A stretch of DNA of 64,000 bases from Promethearchaeota archaeon (GCA_030599585.1 JAUVNS010000008.1:128001-192000); one strand, 5' to 3'. Positions 48,517-58,730 are shown, counted from the stretch's first letter. Notes: generated from the sequence alone by a model not told the origin. Translations and numbers: made by a program.

Positions 48517-49110
48517 ATGAAATCAAGAAATTATAAAATTAAAGCTAAGCTAAGTTCGGCATTTACCAGCCTTTCCTCATATCTAATCCTCCTAGTCCAA
48601 TATGTTCCTGCAACGGGTATATGGTTTGGTATCATGAGTATTCCATTGGTTACCTACATAATCTTCTTTTTCCAGGATCCAAACATTCTTTTTAATGACA
48701 TTCAATTCTTAACGCGATCTTATGGGTTTTATGTGGTAATATTTGGCTTAATATTTTTTATTTATACTGTTGTTTATCAATTAACACATAGGAAACAATT
48801 AATGCGAACTGGACCTTATAAATACATTAGACATCCGCAGTATATATCTTTCATTATCATGACTCTAGGTATGACATTAGTAGCTTTTCAAACATCTCCC
48901 ATATTCGATTTTATACTTTATAATGTTGAGGGCCATACAATCCTCTTTTTAATCTGGATTGGTGAGGTACTGGCTTATATTGTTTTAGGCAAGATCGAAG
49001 AACTAGCCTTAAAATCTAAATATGGAGATAAATTCTTAGAATATGCAAACGAAGTATCATTTATGATTCCTTTCCTTAAAATTAATAAGATAAACCTCAA
49101 TAAGAAATAA
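48517..49110 (+). CDS. Isoprenylcysteine carboxyl methyltransferase/PEMT-family membrane protein
   Basis: LMRTGPYKYIRHPQY and EELAL..KYGDKFLEYA..V..MIP. Confidence 0.85.
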   Translation: MKSRNYKIKAKLSSAFTSLSSYLILLVQYVPATGIWFGIMSIPLVTYIIFFFQDPNILFNDIQFLTRSYGFYVVIFGLIFFIYTVVYQLTHRKQLMRTGPYKYIRHPQYISFIIMTLGMTLVAFQTSPIFDFILYNVEGHTILFLIWIGEVLAYIVLGKIEELALKSKYGDKFLEYANEVSFMIPFLKINKINLNKK

Positions 49111-49118
49111 GTAGGAAT

Positions 49119-49823
49119 ATGAAATTTCATAAATTTAAAATATCTTTTTTTTTCAAATTAGGTTTAACTCTTTGCTCTCTTGCTCTACTCATAATTATCT
49201 TCACTTTGTTAATCCTTTTTTTAGAGCCTATATTCGATCCTAGCATTTACTTCATAAGCCAAGTTGTAATCACCCTTCTAATAATAACTCTAATTTTTGT
49301 TACTGTTTTTACAGTTCTTACAGTTAACGATTATAGGATATATTTTACTAGAAAAAATTATGTAAAACAAGGAAGGTCGTATCTATCTCTCGCTGACATC
49401 TTTGAAAACGAAAATCGGTTGAAAATTTTGACCCAAATCCTCAATAATCCCGGAATCCATCACAATGAATTGCAAAGATCCTGTGATTTGCAGAAAGGTC
49501 AATTACAGTGGCATTTAGAAACATTATTAAAAAATAACATAATAAAAAAGGAAAAACATGGGCAATATACTATCTATTTTCCAATAACATCCTCTTCAGA
49601 AGCAATTAACACGTATAAAAATCGATTAAATAAATCAAAGACTACTAAAAATGTGTTTGATATAATTATAAAAAATCCGGGGATAAATTCCGCTGAAATC
49701 TCTCGTGTGTTAAACCTTTCCCGTAATTCCATTAAATACCATGTTGATAAGTTAATTGAAAAGCAACTAATCAAGTTAGAAAAAAAAGGACATACCTTCG
49801 AATTATATGAATCCAATCCTTAA
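49119..49823 (+). CDS. Membrane-anchored winged-HTH transcriptional regulator (2 TM + 2 wHTH)
   Basis: Two N-terminal TM helices, then NPGIHHNEL..LQWHLETL and NPGINSAEISRVL..IKYHVDKL. Confidence 0.85.
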   Translation: MKFHKFKISFFFKLGLTLCSLALLIIIFTLLILFLEPIFDPSIYFISQVVITLLIITLIFVTVFTVLTVNDYRIYFTRKNYVKQGRSYLSLADIFENENRLKILTQILNNPGIHHNELQRSCDLQKGQLQWHLETLLKNNIIKKEKHGQYTIYFPITSSSEAINTYKNRLNKSKTTKNVFDIIIKNPGINSAEISRVLNLSRNSIKYHVDKLIEKQLIKLEKKGHTFELYESNP

Positions 49824-50172
49824 GATAGTAATTTAAGAAATCTCAGCATCATTTTTAATTCTTGTTGGTTGATTTCGGCAATAGATATTCTCATTCTTTT
49901 CCAAATAGTATTTCCAATTTTCTTATATTTAATGGGTTTAATATATTCTCCAATACAAATATCAGCAGAAAAGCGAAAAAAATTGGAACCCAAAATTAAA
50001 GACAAGATGAACCAAGGGGGAGTAATATACTATGATAACAATGTGGATTATGAATGATTAGTGATTAAAACTGTGAAAGAAACTATGAAACCTAAGGATA
50101 TTTATATGAATAAAAATAATACTTTTTAACAATTAATATTAGAATTTAAAAATAAAAAAATTGGTTTAAAAT

Positions 50173-51600
50173 ATGTCAAAAAAAGAAGAACTTTCCGAGT
50201 GGAAAATCGCACCTACAAAGAAGATGGCTGGCTATGGCTTCGGTTATATCATTGTGAATTATTTATTACTGTATGGATTATCTTCAATGGACTTTTTTTA
50301 CCGAAATGTAATTGGTCTTAGTGCTGAACTAATTCTAGCGGCGATGATTATATTTGCAATATGGAATATGATCAATGATCCATTATTAGGCTTTTTAACT
50401 GATAGACCAATGAAATGGACTAAAAAAAGGGGATTACGAGCACCTTGGGTTGTACTTATGACTGCTCCAATGTTGATATTTTTCATACTTATCTGGACGG
50501 CACCAGTAGCAACTGGGGATGGAATGAATAGTCTCATATACTTGCTTGTTATTGTAAGCCTATTCGATTCATTTTTCTCAATTTACAATGGCCATCTATA
50601 TGGCGGATACACTAACCAATTTCCTTCAAAGTTCGAGCGTAGGAAATCGTTTATGTTAATGACAGTGATGTTGTTTATAACGCTTATTGTTTTGCAGGTT
50701 GTGCAATCACTTATTTTAGAAGCAGGGGAGATAGAGCAGCAACCGTATATCACTAATTCAATAGTAATGGTGATAATATTGGCCATTTTCACTGTCCCTA
50801 CTATAAAGTTTGGAATTGGTGAATCAGAAGAAATGAAATCGATGTTCATTGAAAAATATGAATCTGCTGAAAAAGCCAGTTTCATGGAAGTGGTAAAAAC
50901 AGCTCTTAAAACAAAGAACTTCCGGATTTCGCTCCTTGGGTACACTATTCAAGTAACAGCGACAACTTTATGGAATGCAGCTCAACTTTACTTCTTTAAT
51001 GATGTCTATGGAATAGGTATCGGTGCACAAAGAATACCACTATTGCTTAGTATTATAGCTGCTATTGCTTCGATCCCGTTCTGGTCTAATTTTACTAGAA
51101 AAGGTAATTTCAAGAGAACTTATTGGGTTGCATTTTTGTTACATGGTATTGCGTATCTACCTTTTATGGCTATGTTAGCTATACCTTACGGATCAGGAAC
51201 ATTAACTATAATGCATACAGTATTTTTATTTATCAATAATATATTTTTCGCAGGCGAGGTCACTATGTTGATGCCGGTGGCAGCAGACACATATGACGAA
51301 GTAGCAATTAAATTAGGAAAACGAGCTGATGCCACATTCGTGGGGATTCGGAGCTTTTTCTTCCGTATAGCGTTTCTCGTACAGGCACTAGTGTTCTTTA
51401 TAGTATTAACTTCTACGGGTTATGTTCCCGCCGCCCTAACTCAATCTGAGCCAACTAAAGTGGGAATTATGGTAATGGGGGCATTGATTCCGAGTATTTT
51501 ATTCATTGTGATGTCCCAGATATTTAGAAAATACTATACTCTTGAAGGAAAAGAAAAAGACGACATGATCAAAGCTCTTAAAGAAGCTGGTTTATACTAA
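50173..51600 (+). CDS. GPH family (MFS_2) symporter
   Basis: WNMINDPLLGFLTDRP..GLRAPW; paralog of 44454-45854. Confidence 0.9.
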   Translation: MSKKEELSEWKIAPTKKMAGYGFGYIIVNYLLLYGLSSMDFFYRNVIGLSAELILAAMIIFAIWNMINDPLLGFLTDRPMKWTKKRGLRAPWVVLMTAPMLIFFILIWTAPVATGDGMNSLIYLLVIVSLFDSFFSIYNGHLYGGYTNQFPSKFERRKSFMLMTVMLFITLIVLQVVQSLILEAGEIEQQPYITNSIVMVIILAIFTVPTIKFGIGESEEMKSMFIEKYESAEKASFMEVVKTALKTKNFRISLLGYTIQVTATTLWNAAQLYFFNDVYGIGIGAQRIPLLLSIIAAIASIPFWSNFTRKGNFKRTYWVAFLLHGIAYLPFMAMLAIPYGSGTLTIMHTVFLFINNIFFAGEVTMLMPVAADTYDEVAIKLGKRADATFVGIRSFFFRIAFLVQALVFFIVLTSTGYVPAALTQSEPTKVGIMVMGALIPSILFIVMSQIFRKYYTLEGKEKDDMIKALKEAGLY

Positions 51601-51639
51601 ATTCATAGATTGCAAAATTAAAACGATGCGTGATAAAAA

Positions 51640-52062
51640 ATGTCGATAGACACTCCTAAAAAACCAAGACTCAAGGGTTTTGCCAAGTTCATAGGAAGTT
51701 TAGTTAATATATCCATGGGAAAACAAGAATGCCAAGATTTCGTTCAAGCACAAAAGACCCGGGTTCTTTTAAGTAATCTACAAGATAAAAAATGGGCTGC
51801 ATTGGTCTCGGTTATTAACGATTGTGTTACAGTTGAAGGGATAGAAAAGGGTCCAGATTTCGATATAAAAAAAGTGGGTAAAAATCTTAGAGCATGGGCT
51901 TGGTGGGAAATTCCATCAACCGAAACAATGGTAGATGCAAAAAACTGGAAATCTGGGAAATGGATACTTAAAATGGGAGGAAAGAAAACAAAAGGAGCCT
52001 CACAAATAGCGATTATTGCTCAAGTTCTATCGTATGCTCGTTCATCTGAATCATCTGAATAA
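51640..52062 (+). CDS. Hypothetical protein (possibly SCP2-like)
   Basis: Co-oriented ORF with SD-like GCGTGA. The size and C-terminal GKKTKG are weakly SCP2-like. Confidence 0.6.
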   Translation: MSIDTPKKPRLKGFAKFIGSLVNISMGKQECQDFVQAQKTRVLLSNLQDKKWAALVSVINDCVTVEGIEKGPDFDIKKVGKNLRAWAWWEIPSTETMVDAKNWKSGKWILKMGGKKTKGASQIAIIAQVLSYARSSESSE

Positions 52063-52194
52063 AGGGTATTAAAATTTATAACTTCTATTTTTTTTTTTTA
52101 ATTTTTTTAATAACTGATGTTTAACCACATTTGGTTTGCTTTAATGGTTATATATTTCTACTTGCTGATATTTGGGTATTTTTAAATCTTAATC

Positions 52195-53073
52195 CTATGA
52201 GAGTAATTTTGGAAATCTTTGCTTCATTGATAATTCTTTCTGGATGATTTCATTTAGTAATTCTTCTCTCTCTTTACCAGCAAGTATTTCCAATTTTCTA
52301 ATTTTTAAGGGATCAACTTTTTCTCTCAATACACTAATCTCTTTTATTGTTGGAGGATTTGTCTCTTGAATATTCTTAGGGATGACCAAATCAAACCCAG
52401 TTGATTCTTTAACATCCTCGATATCAACGCCAGGATGAGTTGATGCTAACCTCATACGCTTGGTTTTTTCATCAAAATCCAAATAGGCTAAATTAGAAAT
52501 CATACATTGCGGTCCCGCTCCACCACAAATAGAAGGATTACCATCAGGGAAGCCAACGCCGGAAATAAAATCTAATTTTTCGGTTGGAACAAATGTTCGT
52601 GAATCGTGACGAGGAGTGTACAGAAATGATCCTCGGGCGTAGAACATACTAAAGTCAGCTATCCCAGCACAACCCGGTAATCTTATTTTTGGTTTATTCC
52701 AATCTCCAATACAAATATTATTCGTATTGCCGTATTGATCTATTTGTGCCGGTCTAAAGAACTCAATCGTAGTAAGTTTATCCGAAGGAAGAGACTCTAA
52801 CGTACATTCCCCGGAATTTTGAAAGCGATAAGCTCTAGCGGTATTCATTTCTAAATAGAGCAGAGAGACTTGGCGAGGTTCGAACACAAAAGTATTCCCC
52901 ATAATATAATGATAAATGGCGTTTGGTGCGTGTGTCATTTTTGCTAAAGTAAATGCTGCCCATACGCAGGGAGTTGCAACTCCAACGATCATAACGTCAT
53001 CATCTTGAACTTCTCTAGCCATTAAAACTGTAATCATTTCGTCTACGGTATAATCTTTAGAAGTCTCACCCAT
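52195..53073 (-). CDS. Family I CoA-transferase-fold beta subunit (GctB/AibB/IpdB-like)
   Basis: AQIDQYGNTN, RLPGCAG, DFISGVG and MRLASTHPGV. Confidence 0.88.
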   Translation of the reverse strand: MGETSKDYTVDEMITVLMAREVQDDDVMIVGVATPCVWAAFTLAKMTHAPNAIYHYIMGNTFVFEPRQVSLLYLEMNTARAYRFQNSGECTLESLPSDKLTTIEFFRPAQIDQYGNTNNICIGDWNKPKIRLPGCAGIADFSMFYARGSFLYTPRHDSRTFVPTEKLDFISGVGFPDGNPSICGGAGPQCMISNLAYLDFDEKTKRMRLASTHPGVDIEDVKESTGFDLVIPKNIQETNPPTIKEISVLREKVDPLKIRKLEILAGKEREELLNEIIQKELSMKQRFPKLLS

Positions 53074-53246
53074 TTCTTTCCACTTTTCTTAGAGTATTAT
53101 ATTTTTTTAATCGAGAATTCTAGTGTTATATTTATTTGGTAATAAGAAAACATTTAAGATTTTCTAAGAGTCTAATCTGAAAATAATCATAAAGGTGTTG
53201 AAAAAAGTAAAAATTGAAAAGTTATTCGATATTTTTCTTTGTAATT

Positions 53247-53858
53247 ATGTACATTGTCTGTTTTGATTTAGAAGGCGTTTTCACTCCTGAAGTATGGATT
53301 GCGGTAAGTAAAGCTACTGGAATTGATGAACTTAAATTAACTACACGAGATATTTCTGATTATGATATCCTTATGAAAAATCGCATCGCAATATTAAAAA
53401 AAAACAATATCACTCTTAAAGAAATACAAGAGATTATTTCGAAAATGGATTTATTACCTGGTGCAAAGGAATTTTTGGATTATATTCGTTCTGTAGCCCA
53501 AGTAGTTATTGTAACTGATAGTTTTATTGATTTTGTAATACCTTTTATGAAAAAACTGGGTTTTCCTATGTGTTTTTGCCACAATCTTGAAATAAATAAA
53601 GAAGGTATTATTACTGATTATAAAATTCGTATTAGTGAGATGAAAAAAAAGACAGTTTTAGCTCTCAAAAAGTTAAATTACGAAGTGATTGCGGCAGGGG
53701 ATTCGTATAATGATGTATCCATGTTATTAGAAGCAAAACATGGTATTCTGTTTAGACCACCAAAAAATGTGGTCGAACAATTTCCAGAACTCCCGGTTGT
53801 TAATGAATACGATGAATTAAAAGATTTGATTTCTAAATATTTAGGGTTTTCCGATTAG
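53247..53858 (+). CDS. thrH: Phosphoserine phosphatase/homoserine phosphotransferase
   Basis: CFDLEGVFTPEVW, LKLTTRDISDYD, AAGDSYND and GILFRPP. Confidence 0.92.
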   Translation: MYIVCFDLEGVFTPEVWIAVSKATGIDELKLTTRDISDYDILMKNRIAILKKNNITLKEIQEIISKMDLLPGAKEFLDYIRSVAQVVIVTDSFIDFVIPFMKKLGFPMCFCHNLEINKEGIITDYKIRISEMKKKTVLALKKLNYEVIAAGDSYNDVSMLLEAKHGILFRPPKNVVEQFPELPVVNEYDELKDLISKYLGFSD

Positions 53859-53873
53859 GTTATAAATCGCGCT

Positions 53874-55232
53874 CTAATCTTGAAAATCTTCTAATAAATA
53901 TTCTTTAAAATCCGTATAATTGATAATTTCTTTTGGGTTTGGAAATTCGGATTTATCTTGTATTACTTTTAACGAATATGGCATTTTTGGAACGATGTCG
54001 ATTAATTTGATTATTTCTTCAGGAAATTTTGAAGGATTAGCAGTTTCAAAAGTTAATGATTTAATATCATTATTCTTCGGATAACTATCACGATATAGCT
54101 GGAGCGCAGCCCACCCAACAGCTCCGTGAGGTTCAATTATTTTTTTATATTTATTATAAAAATTAACTATTGCATCTTTAGTTGCTCCATCGCTTATAGA
54201 ATATGAAACAACTTCATTACGAAGCTCTTCCATGTTTGGTATTTTATGTATTACTCCTTTCTCGTCTATTTTACCTCCATAAAGATCAAAGATTCTTGCT
54301 AAATTTGAAGGATGACCAACATTCATAGCATTAGATATGCAGTTTATTGATGGATCGACTTTAGTATAAACTCCCGTTTTTAGAAATTTTGGAAATTCGT
54401 TGTTTTCATTTACAGCTGAGATAAATCTCTTTATAGGAAGCCCCATTTTTTTAGCAATTAGACCTCCGGTAAGATTTCCAAAATTCCCTGAAGGAACAGA
54501 AAATATGACCTTTTCGTTCTTTTTATCTACAATTCTGGAGTATCCCCAGAAATAATAAAGCGTTTGAGGTATCAAACGACCAAAATTTATAGAATTCGCT
54601 GATGACAAATTTATATGGTTTAACTCTTTATCGCCGAAAGCACTTTTTACTAACTTTTGACAATCATCAAATTTACCCTTTATTCCAATGGCAGTTATAT
54701 TTTCACCCAGTGTCGTCATTTGTTTTCTTTGTAAGTTACTGACTTCGTTTTTTGGAAATAATACTACAACTTTAATTCTATACATTTTATAAAATGCTTG
54801 AGCGACAGCACCTCCTGTATCTCCTGAGGTCGCCGTTAAGATTGTGATATTCTTATCATCTACTTCGAGAAAATGTTCCATTATTCTTGCTAACGTTCTT
54901 GCTCCAAAATCTTTGAAGCTACATGTAGGACCACGATCTAAATAGCATATATAATCATTATTAACAATATTTTCTATAGCTATTTCAAAATTTAAGGCAT
55001 TATTTACGATTTGCTGAAGCTTCTCTTGCGATATGATTTTTCCAATGAATTTTGCAATTATAATATTAGCAATATCAACAAAATCCATGTTTTTGAACGA
55101 ATCAATCGTATCATTAGTCAGTCTTGGAATTTTATTTAGCATATATAATCCATTGTCTATAGCTTGGCCTTGTAAAACAGCAGTTTTGAAATCTACATCG
55201 TCTGAATTATAATTTGTTGAGTGAAAACTCGT
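53874..55232 (-). CDS. thrC: Threonine synthase (long bacterial/fungal type); homology extends to an ACG codon at 55232
   Basis: GPTCSFKDFG (PLP Lys), ATSGDTG, SANSINFGR, VPSGNFGN and EPHGAV. The conserved N-terminal FHST..VDFKTAVLQGQAIDNGLYM lies upstream of the track's ATG at 55142. Confidence 0.9.
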   Translation of the reverse strand, partial: TSFHSTNYNSDDVDFKTAVLQGQAIDNGLYMLNKIPRLTNDTIDSFKNMDFVDIANIIIAKFIGKIISQEKLQQIVNNALNFEIAIENIVNNDYICYLDRGPTCSFKDFGARTLARIMEHFLEVDDKNITILTATSGDTGGAVAQAFYKMYRIKVVVLFPKNEVSNLQRKQMTTLGENITAIGIKGKFDDCQKLVKSAFGDKELNHINLSSANSINFGRLIPQTLYYFWGYSRIVDKKNEKVIFSVPSGNFGNLTGGLIAKKMGLPIKRFISAVNENNEFPKFLKTGVYTKVDPSINCISNAMNVGHPSNLARIFDLYGGKIDEKGVIHKIPNMEELRNEVVSYSISDGATKDAIVNFYNKYKKIIEPHGAVGWAALQLYRDSYPKNNDIKSLTFETANPSKFPEEIIKLIDIVPKMPYSLKVIQDKSEFPNPKEIINYTDFKEYLLEDFQD

Positions 55233-55233
55233 C

Positions 55234-56256
55234 TCAAAAACCTCTTCTTTTTTTGACTATACTAATAAGATCGTTTAATATAGCAGATGCTGCTTCAAAA
55301 CCGCCAGCTCCCTTCCCTATTAAAATTATGGATCCCGCGTACTTGGTTTGAAGTTCAATTAGGTTCAATGTTCCTTGAACATTTAGAGGTGAATCTCTTT
55401 TAACCAACCTTGGCTCTACAGTTAAATTATTATCTTTAGCAATAGCTAGATGTTTTATTACATAACCATCTAATTTTGCTAGTTCCAATGCATGTGGCGT
55501 GATTTTAGTAATTCCTTTAATCCTTACATCTTCAATAGATTTTGACCATCCAAGTAACTCGTTTGATAGAATTACTAGTTTCCCAGCTGCGTCATAACCA
55601 TTAATATCTAAACTTGGATCCGTTTCTGCATATCCTAATTCTTGCGCCTCTTTTAAAGCTACTGAAAAAGAAATCCCTTCAGCTGTCATTCGACTTAGAA
55701 TATAGTTATTTGTCCCATTTAATATTGCTCTAATTCGAGAGATTGTATTTCCTATAAGACTTTCTTTAATTGATAAAGCAGGAACGCAACTTGCAACCGT
55801 TGCTTCAAATTTAACTAAACAATTCATCTTTTCAGCTAAATTTTGTATATTAGTGTACTGTAAATAAAACGGTGCTTTATTTGATGAAATTACATTGATA
55901 CTATTCTTTAATGCTTCTATAATGTGCGATAATGCGGGTTCTCCAGTATTTGGGTTAGTTGGTGTAGTTTCAATACATATTTCTATATCTAAAGTAGAAA
56001 TTAAATCCTGAGCTTTCACATTACTTGTCCAATATTGATTTTTTCTTAAATTATTGTAATCCTCCAATACATTATCTAAATTTATTCCAGCGTTATTAAT
56101 CAGAGCGCCGTCGTGTTCGAAAATGGCAACTAATTTGAAATTGAAATTAAAGTTAGCTCTAATATAATCTCGTTTTTCTTTTAATAACTGAAGAAAGCGT
56201 GTTCCAACATTTCCCATTCCAATTAAACAGATTTTCACTTCCATATCTTTACACAT
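55234..56256 (-). CDS. hom: Homoserine dehydrogenase
   Basis: IGMGNVG, SSNKAP, FEATV, ILNGTNNYIL, AQELGYAETDP..D..GYDAAGK and GKGAGG. Confidence 0.95.
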   Translation of the reverse strand: MCKDMEVKICLIGMGNVGTRFLQLLKEKRDYIRANFNFNFKLVAIFEHDGALINNAGINLDNVLEDYNNLRKNQYWTSNVKAQDLISTLDIEICIETTPTNPNTGEPALSHIIEALKNSINVISSNKAPFYLQYTNIQNLAEKMNCLVKFEATVASCVPALSIKESLIGNTISRIRAILNGTNNYILSRMTAEGISFSVALKEAQELGYAETDPSLDINGYDAAGKLVILSNELLGWSKSIEDVRIKGITKITPHALELAKLDGYVIKHLAIAKDNNLTVEPRLVKRDSPLNVQGTLNLIELQTKYAGSIILIGKGAGGFEAASAILNDLISIVKKRRGF

Positions 56257-56266
56257 AACTGATTTA

Positions 56267-56758
56267 TTATGATCGTATCAAAAAGAGATTTTTCTCTTTA
56301 CATATTTTTTCAATTTCAGTTGTTAGTTCAAATTTTGTCATAACTTCAGGAAATTCTGCTTTCATCATAACGCTACTTATTTCATCAACTTCAGTAAACT
56401 TAGCGTGTAATTCAAGAACTTTAATGCTCTTGGAATCCAATCGTTTAATGGTTTCTGTTATATCTGAGTCGAAAACGTGCCCAGTTAAAATGAAAGTCAA
56501 GATTTTATTTTTAGAGTTAACAGAAATCTTGGTGAGTTGTATATTATTTTCGGTTAAATTTTTTTTTATGTTTTCTAGCGATATTTCAATTAGTTCTTCA
56601 CTTAATTCAAACCAAATATCAACTGGAATCATGTTATTAAGTTTTTTATCATGATGGTGTAATACACCATGGATATTTCCCCCATTTTGGGAGATTGGTT
56701 TTATTAATTCAATTAAGCTTCCCGGAATATCCGGTAATTTAACTTCTAAGTAAATCAT
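56267..56758 (-). CDS. ACT-domain allosteric subunit typically encoded upstream of archaeal hom
   Basis: LPDIPGSL..GGNIHGVLH and ILTGHVFDSDITETI. Confidence 0.85.
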   Translation of the reverse strand: MIYLEVKLPDIPGSLIELIKPISQNGGNIHGVLHHHDKKLNNMIPVDIWFELSEELIEISLENIKKNLTENNIQLTKISVNSKNKILTFILTGHVFDSDITETIKRLDSKSIKVLELHAKFTEVDEISSVMMKAEFPEVMTKFELTTEIEKICKEKNLFLIRS

Positions 56759-56954
56759 TTTTGAAATAAGTCCTTTTTTTTTTTAGAAATATATTTAACA
56801 ACCAATTTCATAGATAAAAATGTATCTGGTTTACAACTACCGTATCAAAGGACACTTTTTAATTTTTCTACTAATTAATTGTAATTGAAATACTTGAAAA
56901 AATGATCAATCTCTTTTTAAACTATAATTACAAACTTAAAGCTGGGCTATGTCG

Positions 56955-57830
56955 TTACAATAATATATTTAATATCATTTCTGCGCCGCCAGCATTATCC
57001 AGATATTCAGCGTTCGATTTTACATCAATGAATTTACGCTTATATTCGTTAAAAGGCGTTTTAAGATATTCTTGAATGTGAAGTGCATCGAATGTATAAC
57101 GATCGTAGCACGAAGTGGGATGAGCTCCAAAAGGCACTTTTACGACGGCATTGGTAGTTTGCATTGGTAATTGCGCTTTTCCTTGTAGATATCTAATATC
57201 TTCTGTTTCAAGTAACCTTTCGCAGGTAATAATTGTTTTTTTTGCAGTCTTAGCCATATCGTCATCCATCCAAACTGCTCCCGCTATATTTCCATTGCCA
57301 TATTCATCCGCAAAAGGGACATGTAAAATTGCAACATCTAAGTCTATTTTAGGGATGGCCATAAGTTGAGTGCCTGAACCCAAAGGATCTTCGAACTGTT
57401 TTATATCGTTCCTGACTTTAGGAAAATCAGTACCTATCATCCCTTTTAATGGCATAAATGGAACTTTTAAATACGAGCTTTTCAATCCAAGAGCAATTGA
57501 TGCTTCACTTTCCTCGGAAATACTTACTGAACCTGATTCCACAGCCTTTCTATAATTCGGGGCCATGCCAAATATTTCCATACCAACAAAACAGCTTCTT
57601 ACTTCTGACACGCAGCCCGCACCAATAAGCATATCAATATCTATCCCACCAACAAAAGTACATAGCGATAAACCTTTTTTATTTTGCTTAATCATTTCTT
57701 TACAAGCACTTATTGGTTTTCTCCAAAAAGAAAGCCCTCCAATTCCAACTAAATCACCATCTTGAACATAAGTAGAAATTGCCTCATCTAAGGTCATTAG
57801 TTTACTTTTTTGAATTTTCGATCTCCTCAC
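56955..57830 (-). CDS. Family I CoA-transferase-fold alpha subunit (GctA/AibA/IpdA-like)
   Basis: MTLDEAI..VQDGD..IGG, DMLIGAG, VPFMP..GTD, DVAILHV..AD..GN and PFGAHPTSC. Confidence 0.9.
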   Translation of the reverse strand: MRRSKIQKSKLMTLDEAISTYVQDGDLVGIGGLSFWRKPISACKEMIKQNKKGLSLCTFVGGIDIDMLIGAGCVSEVRSCFVGMEIFGMAPNYRKAVESGSVSISEESEASIALGLKSSYLKVPFMPLKGMIGTDFPKVRNDIKQFEDPLGSGTQLMAIPKIDLDVAILHVPFADEYGNGNIAGAVWMDDDMAKTAKKTIITCERLLETEDIRYLQGKAQLPMQTTNAVVKVPFGAHPTSCYDRYTFDALHIQEYLKTPFNEYKRKFIDVKSNAEYLDNAGGAEMILNILL

Positions 57831-57965
57831 ATTATAGAATATTGAATTTTAGATATTAAAACGATATTTAGAAACAATTTTTGTTATGTTAAAAATATGA
57901 TATGTTGCACTCTTTTGAATGCAGAAAAAAAATGAAAAATAATTCAAAATTATTAATATATTGCC

Positions 57966-58730
57966 TTATTTTTTTGCTTTTTCTAATTGTTTCTTTAATT
58001 TTACAAAGAATTCTGGGGGCGACATTTGATATGGTGTTGGGTATCTAGTTCCTGCTCTGTGGGTTTTTTCCATACCTTCTATTATTTCGTCAATAATTCC
58101 CATAGGTATTGAGGCAATTAAATCCGTATCAGTTGCCATAGCAAAACGACGATCGCCAAGACATGGAAACGCAATCTGTAGTTCACCTGTAAGAATGGCA
58201 TTTGAGATAGTATCGGCGCAAACTCCATCACAAAACGTTGACATTGAAATTCTCCCTCCTTTTTTCCATAAAGAACCCTGGATTATTCTCATAATCTGAG
58301 CAGAATTACCCCAAATTAGGATCAAATCGGGTTGAAAATCAATTCGGCTTAAAGCACCCGAAACTATAGCAGAATATTGTCCGAATGGTAGTTTTGGCAT
58401 CGAATTTGTAGTTTTTTTAGCCGCTTCTTTTGTTTCATTGTAGCGTCCCACGAAAAAAGCGCCCTCTTCGAAAAGTTTATAAGATTCTTCAAATCCAAGA
58501 GATATTTCGGCTAAGGGACACAAATTATCCTCCTTTACACACCCCATTGTCCATCCGTAATACCTCGCATAACTGAATATTTGACAAAGTGCGATTTTTT
58601 TTTCTGTTTTCTTTAAAAATTTAATATTATTTAATTCTTCGGGATTCTGTAGTAATTTTACGGCAACGGGGAATGTAGCTAACCTAAGATATTTATTAAG
58701 TTTTTCATCTGTTTTTTCGTATTTACCCAT
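57966..58730 (-). CDS. DUF169 family protein
   Basis: PVAVK, ALCQ..AR, CPLA, PDLILI..N.AQ, GVCAD and PCLGDR. Confidence 0.85.
   Translation of the reverse strand: MGKYEKTDEKLNKYLRLATFPVAVKLLQNPEELNNIKFLKKTEKKIALCQIFSYARYYGWTMGCVKEDNLCPLAEISLGFEESYKLFEEGAFFVGRYNETKEAAKKTTNSMPKLPFGQYSAIVSGALSRIDFQPDLILIWGNSAQIMRIIQGSLWKKGGRISMSTFCDGVCADTISNAILTGELQIAFPCLGDRRFAMATDTDLIASIPMGIIDEIIEGMEKTHRAGTRYPTPYQMSPPEFFVKLKKQLEKAKK

Noticed and set aside
49869-50057. 62-aa ORF with a hydrophobic N-terminus downstream of the wHTH regulator
   Set aside because: TTG start without a clear SD and no motif. It could be the remnant of a membrane protein but cannot be supported.
53874-55232. thrC as cysteate synthase feeding the ComDE-like enzyme (coenzyme M route)
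   Set aside because: It is coupled to hom and has long-type ThrC motifs (ATSGDTG, NSINFGR); it is also 13 kb from the decarboxylase.
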